Shown here: positions 52,616 through 64,000 of the stretch, piece by piece
Layout of the letters: every line of letters begins with the position of its first letter
Numbering within the stretch: the stretch's first letter is position 1
NCBI GenBank assembly: GCA_951406725.2
Contig: OX597823.1
Coordinates: forward strand, 22,630,001-22,694,000
DNA: 64,000 bases
Source of the DNA: Octopus vulgaris
Taxonomy: Eukaryota
Direction: 5' to 3'
The notes under the pieces: model-generated
Databases searched by the model: none
What the model was told of the DNA's origin: nothing
What the model saw: only the letters and a program-made list of their open reading frames with translations
Made by a program: the position numbers and the translations under genes

Positions 52616-53702
52616 TAATGTTTGTATGGTGAGGAGTGGGATAACAGCACATTCCTAGCATTGCTTTTACTCCAGAGACCAATGTTTAGCTTCATCATCA
52701 TGACTAATATTACTATGTGATGTCAAGATAAACATCCTTTTCAGATTACTTACAGGGATCTCTTGGTACGAATTTCTTTACAATGACACTCAGCATTTTC
52801 AATTTACATACTAGAAATAGCAAACAAATCCTATTAAAGTCTCTCCTTGGCATCTTAAAAGAGGAAAGTCGGGACGGCCACGCCTTTGCTCATATGTCCG
52901 CTCAGAGCTGGATTGAAGTTAAGCAACATCACTGATGTAGACACATTGGGTAATTCCCTTCTAGAATAAACCATGTTCAACCAAAGCTTTTAAAGATAAA
53001 TTTGATAGACAGAAAGCGTCGAGAATCCGGTTGGAGGTAGTGTTTATGTTCTAGTGCGGGCGGACTTAATTCGGTATCCGGTTTAACATGACTATCTGGC
53101 CATAAGGTGCCTTTATTGAAGTTCAGTTTGTTGCATGTATTTAGGCTAGATCTCCTACCAAAGGATAACTTGTTCCCTCTTTGTCACAAATCACGGTAAC
53201 TTTGGAAAGAGTCATGAACGTTGCCCTTCCTCATCTGTTTAAAACATTGACTAAAATAAATCTCAACAACTGAGGTAAACGCAGAATAAGATGTTCTGCT
53301 AGAAAACGTCACCAAAAGTATGGAGTGGTTTCATGCCCTATCTACTTAACTATGTCAATCAGTTGAGTCAATCTAATCCACTACCTCCTTCATTATGATT
53401 GGAACATCCCGAATTTCGTTGCAGACGATCCTTCAGCGAGATACAGATGTAATATATGTTACCTACTTTTATTGTTTTCTTCCCATTTTTTCTTTCAGTT
53501 TTTCTTTTCCTTTTGTTCTGGTGTTTTCCTTTGTTTCCATCCTGCTTACATTCCACATACATTTTACAATTTCTGTAATATTCTTCTCTGCCTAACCTTC
53601 TCTGCTTCCATACTTAACCTACACTTGTCCACTTATTCTTATCTACTTATCTATTCCCCTTACCTCTCTTTGTTGCTTCTCTCTCTCTCTCTCTCTCTCT
53701 AT

Positions 53703-53766
<64 letters not shown>

Positions 53767-53977
53767 CGCACAAATACACACTCATACACTTATATTTGTG
53801 TGTGCGTATGTATATATCTTTCTCCCTCTCCCTTTGTTTTCAGTTCAACTATCAAATATCTGATCAAATATCCATTTTATTGATCATTTTACAATGGAGA
53901 ACTGGCTTCCTAAAACAATAAATCACACGGATTCGAATTATTCTCTCGCTGCCCCATCTTTCTCTAGCTTTCTCTAG

Positions 53978-54024
<47 letters not shown>

Positions 54025-54321
54025 TCTCTCTCTCTCTCGCTCTCTCTTTCACCTTTTCTTTCTTTCTCTCTCTTCCACACAGTACCCCCAACAGTCACGC
54101 AATCGTGCCTTCCTCCTCTTTCAAAAGATACATATGTGTGTTTAAGCGCCTGCCTCTGTGTGTATGTATGTGCATGTGAATGTATGGTCTGCATACGTGT
54201 ACATACATGCAACTCTATTCGTTAGAATTTATTTACAATCACACATACATAAATGTATACATATATACGTATATACATACACAGACATACTGTTATACAT
54301 ATAAGAGACAGACAGACAAAC

Positions 54322-54392
<71 letters not shown>

Positions 54393-55141
54393 CAGATAGA
54401 CAGGCGGAGACGTATCCTCTTATTTTAACCTCATCTATTGTCCCATATCCATCCATACATCCCTATTCCCCCTTCTTCATTCTCGATCCATCTCACTTCC
54501 TCCACAGTACCACCATCTCCACCACCACCATCACCACCACCATCACCACCACCACCACCATCACCTCCACCACCACCATCACCACTATTACTATCACCAC
54601 CACCACCGCCACCGCCGCCGCCACCACCATCACCACCATTATCTCCTTTTTCTTCAGCATTTGATTAAAGACTATATTTACAAAACCATAATAACAGTTA
54701 ATAACAGAGCCAACCCTAGCAAATTGATAGACGTGAAACAATGTTCACATCTATATATCGTTTCTCTTTGTAATGAACCATTGTTCCAATCTTATCACCG
54801 CCCATTTATATAAAATAACACATTTCGTATAATTTTATATAACACGTTTTATATAACACATTATATATAATATATTTTTATATAAAATATGCAACGTATT
54901 TATCCAACATGATTTCTGAAATATATCTATGCCAAATGATTTTTTCTGTGACATGTTCACATTCTCGTTGATACATTGCTATGAAATATTTACAAATTAC
55001 TAGCGGGAGACATTGAAATTTCACTTTTTTATAAATGTTCTTATTTTATTTTGACGAATAGACTTAGATTTTGTTCATTATTTAAATGTACCAGCTGAAA
55101 ACATGTAAAAAACAGAATATTACAGTAGATGACTTGTAAAA

Positions 55142-55189
<48 letters not shown>

Positions 55190-55299
55190 GTGTATAAAGA
55201 CCTACTTATCACGTTTGTGCGCATAAAAACGTGAGAAGGACTTTTAGAAATAGTCCCGCAAACATATATTGGACTGCTTTCACACGTGTCTAAGAGGAG

Positions 55300-55370
<71 letters not shown>

Positions 55371-55911
55371 AATAAATATTGGAGTATTTTTATAGAATTG
55401 GTGTTTTTTTTAAAGATATCTCTTTGATTTTTAGCAAGCAGTATCTTTGCCCTTCTTTTCTTCATATATTTTATGTTATAAATGTATAGGTAGAAGTCTT
55501 GCTAGCCACCTCATCATTACTGTTTATAACTGTCATAATACTTCACATATTTACTTTCTTATTGTTTATGATAGTCTCTTTTAAAACGGAGCGGGACGCT
55601 TAAAGTTAGAAACGCACACGAGTTGACGTAGTGAATATTTTAAAAATAGATATCAAATACTATTTCTAACCGACGATTGCAGAGCATGTTTGTCACGCAT
55701 AGCATGAAATCAATTGAGATTGGGATATGTATTAACTATCTTCGTATTCTATTATGAAGGTAGGCCTATTTTTAAAAATATTCATTGCATTGCTCGTGTG
55801 TGTATTTATCGTAGAATTGGTGGATTTTTTTGAAGGTGTCGCTTTGATTTTTAGCAAACGGTATCTTTACTCTTCTTTTCTTCATATATTTATATATACA
55901 TATGTATATTT

Positions 55912-56343
55912 CTGTGTATCATACTCAATGCAGATACATCGAGGAAAGGCAAATTTGACTGTGGTGTTCGTCCAGAGATAAAGTTCTATGGACATACTGT
56001 GTTTAAAAACAGAAATATATTAGCAGTAAATGGCAGTGAGAATGTTTGATGCGCGTTTTTGCCTCGTTTAGCTTTGTCACCTGATATTTTTCAGTTACTA
56101 TTTTACTATATGGTGGCAGATTTTATCTTTGCATGCAGCTAACAAGGTGTACATTCTACTGGCAAAGCCTACGGAGCAAGAAACGAGGGTCTTTATTGAA
56201 TTTAAGCTTCTACTGAACAATTTAAGTCTACTACTGATATTCATGTTTTAAATACTGTACGTTCATAACAAAATATTATCTCCAGGAGAATACTGTAGTT
56301 TATTTGCTTTTTCACGGTGTATCTGCATTGTGTATGATACAAA
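55912..56343. mobile_element. Old foldback/MITE with ~120-bp diverged inverted repeats
   Basis: TGTATCATACTCAATGCAGATACA... (55915) is inverted at ...TGTATCTGCATTGTGTATGATACA (56341). Confidence 0.65.
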
Positions 56344-57401
56344 ATTGACTACTTTAAGACTAATACTGCTTCTGCGATACATTGCAGATTTTTATTCAGT
56401 TGGGTGGTTAACTGCAACACCAGTGAATTTTCAATAATTGTTTTTGAATATCAATGATGATATTCGAGGAAGTACCCCAAAGAAACCAGAATTCACTTAT
56501 AATTCACTATTCACTTAGTTTTACATGTTTACACTCCCCTCACTTATTATGTATCCCCTCTAGGTTTTAGACTACTATGCAAATTTCTTTGTCTCTAGGA
56601 CTCCTTCCCCAAAATTTCTCCATTTTTTTTTCTTGGCTGGAGTCGATGATTCACAGTTGTCCAAAAGGATCAGCAACAACATCTGCCTCAACTACCTCCT
56701 AGAGACTTTAAAGGCTATAGGCACATTCCCATTCCTCTAGACCTGCAGTTCCTGACAAATATAATTTTAAAAAGGTCACAAAAACAAAGTTTTTCACTTG
56801 TTACAATCATTTGATAAAATATCCATGAATATGTATATACAGTAAACTATGTCGAGTGTTTATGTCACAATATAACATTCACTACCAGCAAAGATTTGGT
56901 TAATAAATTGTAATTATAATCTAAAATAGCATTTTATATGATAAACACGTCATACATAAGAAAGAGAAGTTTTAAATTTTTATGTCAGTAGAGAAGTCTC
57001 TTGACAACAATTACATGTAAAAAGATGCTTGGCGTTAAAACCTGTCCTGACTGCATGATCAGTCTTTTAAGGGCTGATAACAGTGGCAATAAATTAATAA
57101 ATTTTCCTGTCAAGAAAACGCAACTGAATACCATTGGCACACCAACAATCTTCCATAGCCGATTTTTTAAATATTTAAATACAAAATATAATGTCGACAT
57201 TTTCTCATCCATGCATTATATGCACACACATGCGCACAAACAGACTAAAAGAACACAACTTGGATAACGGACAGAGTCAACAACTATTGAAAAGTTTGCA
57301 AGACGCAACGAAAATTGAATGACTCTCTTCAGACACAACAGAATATGCTTCAACACACGAACTCACGTAAAGAATCTTGCAAACCAAATCATATATATAT
57401 A

Positions 57402-59031
57402 TCAGGTTAAGTAAAAAGTAAGCAACGTTTTGAACCATGAAGAATTTGTGCATAGACTTGCCCAAAAGCATCAATAAATTAACATTGATATTTTGGTTTT
57501 CCGTTGTTACAGTCACCTGAAATGGAACTGTCAAAGTGCGATATTCGAGCAGTTTTGCTATTCGAGACATCAACGAAGCGTTTGGTGAGGAAATGACCAG
57601 TGAGTGGTCAGCTTGAAAATGGTTTAAACGATTTCGCAGTGGAGATCTGTACCTTGAAGATCGTGAGCGTAGTGGACGTTCGTGTGTAAAACCACTCGAG
57701 AACTTGCCAAAGAACTTCAAGTTAGTCAGAAAACTGCCCGCAATAATTTGCCTGCGATCGAAAAATTTTTAAAAAATCGACAAATGGATACCACACGATT
57801 TGAATGAAAATCAGAAAATGCACAGATACGAAATTTGCTCGTCGCTTCTTCTCCGAAACCAAACCGATCCATCTCTCGACCGTAATGTAATTTCCGATGA
57901 AAAGTGGATTCTGTACAATAAAAAACGTTCTTCGCAGTGATTGGACCATAATGAAGCACCAAAAACCTTCCTTAAACCCGAGCTCTTCAAAAAGATGACT
58001 GTGTGGTGGTGTGCTGCTGAACTCATCCACTATAACATCTTAAAACCCGGAAAAACCATTACTACAGAAACATATTGCCATGAAATTACAAAAATGAATG
58101 AAAATCTGCTACTCCTCCTTCCCAGACTGGTCACCAGAAGAGGACCAAACATTTTTAATGACAATGCTCGACCACACGTTTCACTAATGACGCTCCAGAA
58201 GTTGGGGGAACTTGGCTACGAAGTTCTTCCCCCACCTAGCTTATTCCATAGACCTTTCTCCTACGGACTACCACTTTTTCAAGCACGTTGATGGTTTCTT
58301 GTGAGAGAAGGAATTCAAAAATCAAACCGATGCTGAAAATGCGTTCAAAGAGTTCACCAGCTCCAGAACTCCAGGTTTTTTATGTCACCGAAATAAACAA
58401 ACCTGTAACTCGCTGGCAAAACTGCGTTGATTGTACTGGTACTTACAGTGATGAATACAATTTCCGCATTGTTGAAATACAGGGGTTGGACAAAATGATG
58501 GAAACACCTAGCAATGGTTTCCCTTCATAGCAGAATTAATAGTCAAGACTATTTTAAGCATTTTATCTGATCAAATTCATCCTATGGATGCGGAATTGTT
58601 TCCGGAGGGAAACGCAATCTTTCAGGATGATAATGCACCAATTCACATAGCTTAAGTTGTTACTGAATGGCACGAGGAAAATTCTAGTCAAGCTGAACAT
58701 CTTATCTGGCCACCACAGTCCCCAGATCTCAATATCATTGAACATTTATGGCATTTTAGACAGACAAGTAAATAGTCGATATCCTCCACCATCATCACTA
58801 CAAGATATGGAGACTGTTTTAGTTGAAGAATGAACAAAAATTCCGTTGGAAACAATTCAAAACTTGTACGAGTCCATACCTCGTAGAATTCAGCTGTAAT
58901 TACTGCCAAATGCGGTCCTACCCCATATTAAAGTAAATTTGTTTGAAATTTTAACGTATTTCCATTATTTTGTCCAACCCCTGTATATAGTTATAAATTT
59001 CAAAACGTTGCTTACTTTTTACTCAGTCTGA
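57402..59031 (+). mobile_element. Near-full-length decayed mariner transposon
   Basis: TA|TCAGGTTAAGTAAAAAGTAAGCAACGTTTTGAA and TTCAAAACGTTGCTTACTTTTTACTCAGTCTGA|TA TIRs; LEDRERSGR, KWIPHDL, SDEKWILY, FNDNARPH, LSPTDYHFF motifs. Confidence 0.92.
58480..58983 (+). mobile_element. Internally deleted Tc1-like element nested in the mariner
   Basis: TA|CAGGGGTTGGACAAAATGATGGAAA ... TTTCCATTATTTTGTCCAACCCCTG|TA; encodes IFQDDNAPIH...WPPQSPDLNIIEHLW. Confidence 0.92.
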
Positions 59032-59034
59032 TAC

Positions 59035-59085
<51 letters not shown>

Positions 59086-61394
59086 CATAGAGAGTCGTGT
59101 AGCCAACACACACACCGGTTATATTTCCTTTCAATTTTATTATCAATTCCTTATAAAATTATTTCATTAAGAAATTAATTGACTATTTGATTTGTCTAAG
59201 TATTAATTAATCAATTAATTATCTAAATAACTGACAATAAACTCATGTGAAATACGACCAGTTCGTGTGCTTAATTGACAAAATGACCTCCCCAAATTGC
59301 AATGCTATTTGTCTTCACACACGATTTTACATCAACAATGTTGCAAAATGTCTGAAAGTGTGTGTGAGAGAGCTTGCGTGTGGGGTGGGGAGCGGGATCT
59401 GTGCATATGTATATGTGGTTAAAGCCATCCCCTATATACGTATATATGTACAGATATGTGAGTGTGTGTGCCTGAGAGTGTGTGTGTGCATGTGTCTGTA
59501 TGTATGTGTGTAATACTACGCTTCAGTCTTTGTTTGCTCAGACATGAAGTACACTTTACAGTAAGAGCTCACTCTATCAATAGAAGGGAAAAGACAATAA
59601 GTAAACTTTTCATTGAAGTGGCATTAAATGAAATGTTTCACTGAACTCGCTCTAACAATCGACACACCAGCAACGCCACCACCAAACCAACACCGCCACC
59701 CAAACATCACCGCTACTATAACTATCCAACCACCAAATCACTGCCGCCACCATCACCAAACTGCGAATAAATAGTCTCCACGAATGCTAGTGTTTATATC
59801 TGGTTAATTAAGCTGCATTTAAACAGCAGTTTGTTTTAGTGAACTAATCACTGCATACACCGGCTTCTTGCACTGATCGATGTGGTTGGTCAGTTTGCGA
59901 GAATCAAACACTCCAGCGGGTCTTATTACATTAAACAATTACATACGGAGATTTGCTCTTCCTTCTCCTCTTCTTCTATGGATTTCATTCGTGACATAGT
60001 TTCATGCAGCCTATCAACTTTGGCTGGCCATACTGGAGTGCCATCATCCTTCGTGATTATTGATAGCAGACTCCTTTTTTTTTTCTTCTTCTTCATTTTC
60101 CCCTGCTTAAATACGTATTCGTGGGGGCAGAAGAGTTTTACAAAAATAGGCACATTAAGAAAAATGCAACCACTGCATATACATACATACATACAAACAG
60201 ACAGACATGCATGCATACTCACACACATATACACACATACATGTATACATATATACATACATAACCTTATATACACACAGACATATCTTATGTATATATA
60301 CATACGTTATATATTTACACATACATATACGTATGTATACATAGTGTCAGTCAAAAATTGAATTGACTGTTCTCCCTCTCTCTCTTTCTCTTTCGAAATC
60401 TTTTACACAACACTGTAAATAGGTTGTAGGTCAACCACTCATGGGTCCTTTTCCTCTACATATATGGAAATCCTTGTACTTGTGACTAGTAACTTCTCAT
60501 TTAGTATGATACGAAAACCGCCCAAACAAACCCAAGAAACATGGCAGCCGTATACAGGTTGCTCTGTTCTTCGACAGCACCGGACGATAATGTAACAATC
60601 TAAGGCCCTAAAATAACAAAACAGATAAAAAGAAAAACTCTGACCGTACATTTTTGGCTTGCTAAGTAAACTTGTTACTGCCAGCTCTAGAATTTACAGC
60701 TTACCTTACCCTTATTTACCCTCAAACTGGCTATCTTTAACACAGTAAAGGTAAAAGAAAATTCTTGATACAAATTCAATGACTCGACAAGGGTTATTGA
60801 ATATTTTTGTTTCATTCAATAAATATATATATTTATGAAATGGAATCATCAGTGTGCATGTGTGTGACTCGGTCACCAAATGGGTCATGGCATTATAGAG
60901 TGTGGACCAGTTAATGGGGACATACAGTTATGCTCACACAGAATAGTTTAATTGCGAAGTTGTCCCCCGGAGAAAGGCTATTTTCCATAGCTATCACAGT
61001 ACCTCTGAATCATGTGAAACTGGCGCGACCAAAGCTAAACTGCAGAGCTTTCCACTTTCTTGTAGAAGTATCCAACTTTCACTTGCAACTATCCTCCTCC
61101 TCTTCTTCATCATCATCATCATCGTCATTATCTCCTCCTCATCCGCATTCTCATCCTCAAACTACTACTACTACTACTACTACTACAAATGCTACAGTTT
61201 TCTGTTCTCTGATTAATTGACGGGCGATATAGTTTGGATCGGTTAGTTTTTCCTTTCTGCCAAATGCTGTAATAATTAACATCTTTGCCCGGCATGTTTC
61301 TAACTTAGGGGTCTCTGTATTCCCTCCTTCACGTATATCGATTGCAACCAAAAATACCCTTTAACCTTCTGCTGCTTTCTTTGTTAGTGTCTTT

Positions 61395-61558
<164 letters not shown>

Positions 61559-62651
61559 TGATGTCACTCTTTCTTGTTTTTTTTTTCTTTCGCTCTCTTC
61601 TCCAAATTTTGTTTTATATTACTCCTTAAGTTCACTTATGATTTCTTACTCACACTCCCACAGTCTCTCTTTCTCGTTTTCTCTCTCTCTCTCTTTCTTT
61701 CTCTCTTTCACACACGCTACCCCATCCTCTTTTTTACCCGTTTCTTTCATTCTCTTTCTCTTTTTTCTTACTTTTTGTCCTTCTCACCTCTCTCTCCTTC
61801 TCTTCCTCTCTCCCCTCCTTCTCTTTCTATCTATAAATCACACTCACCTCTCTTTTAGCCATCAACACGCGCACACTACCCACTATCACTATCACCACAA
61901 GCTAAACCCCCAGAACCCAGTACCCATACAAACACACCCAGCCATGCACAATGGGCCACCGCCATTTACAAACATAGCTACCATTACACGCAAGTGTCGC
62001 CAAGATATTCCTTGTTTCACTTGCATACCACCACTATCATCAACAGCACTATCACACACACCACCAACAACAACCAGACGACTATTACAGACAACCATCA
62101 TCCCATAATCATAGTCGCCATCACGCCACCACCACGACTACCATAGCCATAAGCATAAGCTGCAACACTACGGCATCCCAAACAATTTCTTAATTCTTCC
62201 TAATTTCCCAATACAACACTTTTATATAGTTAAGCAAACTAGAGACTAAAATATACATAGTCACGGTACTTCTAGTCTAAATATACGTGCTTAAGCTAAG
62301 TATAAACTAGATATGTGTATTTAGACTAACTATATATATCATATGCGTTTTGTTAGACTAAAAATAGTCCAATGAAAGTAGCTAGGCTAAAAATAGACTA
62401 CAAATACTGTATCGCCTCACATATGAAATGGAGTGAGTTGAAAAGCTTCGATTAACTGAGATTATCCATGCGATCAATAGAAAAAACAAACCTTTTATGG
62501 GTGATTAAAATAGAAAAAATAAAAACGAGCAAAGAAAATAACTCCAATAAGATCTGTTCAACGAAATTTTTGAATATATGTGTTTATGTAAGTCTGTGAG
62601 TTCATATACATAATACATATATATATATATATGTGTGTGTGTGTGTTTTTG

Positions 62652-62733
<82 letters not shown>

Positions 62734-62787
62734 TACATACATATATATGTATTATATATACATACATATATATATTATATATATAGA

Positions 62788-62826
<39 letters not shown>

Positions 62827-62865
62827 GCATACATACATACATGTATTTATCTATACACACACACA

Positions 62866-62906
<41 letters not shown>

Positions 62907-62907
<1 letters not shown>

Positions 62908-62962
62908 CAAGCGCAGGCTTAGCTGTGTGGTAAGAAGCTTGCTTCCTAACCACATGATTCCG
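62907..62962 (+). mobile_element. SINE family B head only
   Basis: GCGCAGGCTTAGCTGTGTGGTAAGAAGCTTGCTTCCTAACCACATGATTCCG. Confidence 0.7.
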
Positions 62963-63381
62963 AAACCAATATCGACATCAAATGGAAAATCCTCTCTAAA
63001 TCCAGACCCTTATATTAACGGGTCTAAAAATTGATCTGTATGTTCTCTTGAAAAACTGTATCTATTAAAAAATTTGAGAACTTCCAACAAATACATAATT
63101 TCGAGGGAAGAGATTTTTTCTGCATGTCCGCATTTCAAGTAACACATCTTGTAGGAATTGAAAAGTAGACCACCACATCTGTTTACGTCTGCTTGACAGC
63201 GAAATAAGTAACGTTGATTATCTCTCTTGTGCTCTTCTTTTTGTTTTCTTTACAAACGTCTCTTGTTTTCAGCGGAATAAACGATGGGATAATTTATTAT
63301 TTCGACCACAAAAGCCTGAGTAGCTGTAATTACAGGACTTGTGGTTTTTATTTTAAGATTATCTTAGCTAATCCAGTACTT

Positions 63382-63433
<52 letters not shown>

Positions 63434-63459
63434 AGAACATATATATATATACATATATA

Positions 63460-63740
63460 AAGGGAAAGTTTACGAAAATAAGCAAAAGACGAAGGCAGGT
63501 GGAGTACAAAACAAACAAATGTATTAGCATAGCACTCAGGAATAGAAAAAGTCTTTTAGGTTTCGAGCCTACGCTCTTCGACAGAAAGATACACAGAAAA
63601 AAACAAGGAGAGAAACAAGGAGAGAAACAAATGCGTGTAGTAGCTAACGATCTATCATGGCGTCTTGACTTCGAACAATGGTCAGACGCGAGAGGGACAG
63701 TAGAGGAGATAACAGGGTCAAGTGACTTCCAATAGGAAGG
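63460..63740 (-). mobile_element. Family H repeat with minimal hammerhead-like motif, copy 3
   Basis: Minus strand CTTT-CTGTCGAA-GAGC-GTAG-GCTC-GAAAC-CTA-AAAG (63551-63588); 3' end abuts (TA)n. Confidence 0.7.
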
Positions 63741-64000
63741 TGCGCCCAACACAAAGTGCGTGTGTGTATAAGAGAGTATGTATGTGCGTGTGAAAGAGGG
63801 CTGGTGGTCTGGACGTGTGTGTGTATGTATGTGTGGGTGTGGAGATGTGGGGATGGGTGTGTGGGTGGTGTGTTGTGATGTGATATATATATATTATATT
63901 ATATATTATATATATATATTTAATAATAATAAAGGGTAACATTAATTAATTAATAATTAATAATTTTACCAAGTAGTTCTGTATGTTAAAATAACCTTTA

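Overview
Eukaryotic, AT-rich, extremely microsatellite-dense genomic DNA. The tRNA-derived SINE families and the (TA)n/(TACA)n/triplet load point to a coleoid cephalopod, most likely Octopus (inference from recalled repeat sequences, not a database search). No intact host protein-coding gene is supported; almost all ORF-track entries are translations of microsatellites. The window is a mosaic of decayed mobile elements: several tRNA-SINE families, Helitrons (including a head-to-tail dimer and a helicase-bearing deletion derivative), Tc1/mariner relics (one nested), R4/Dong-like and CR1/L2 LINE fragments, MITEs (some carrying TTAGGG repeats), a 26-bp minisatellite and a 100-N gap. The most interesting signal is a set of short non-coding elements sitting in (TA)n tracts. 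They carry hammerhead-ribozyme-like folds and/or inverted terminal duplications resembling Penelope-like element (PLE) ends. Examples are a well-formed type I hammerhead fold at 8815-8922, a three-copy minimal-hammerhead family, and a chimeric tRNA-head/(AAT)n/hammerhead element at 51.0-51.9 kb whose inverted copy begins exactly at the predicted cleavage site.
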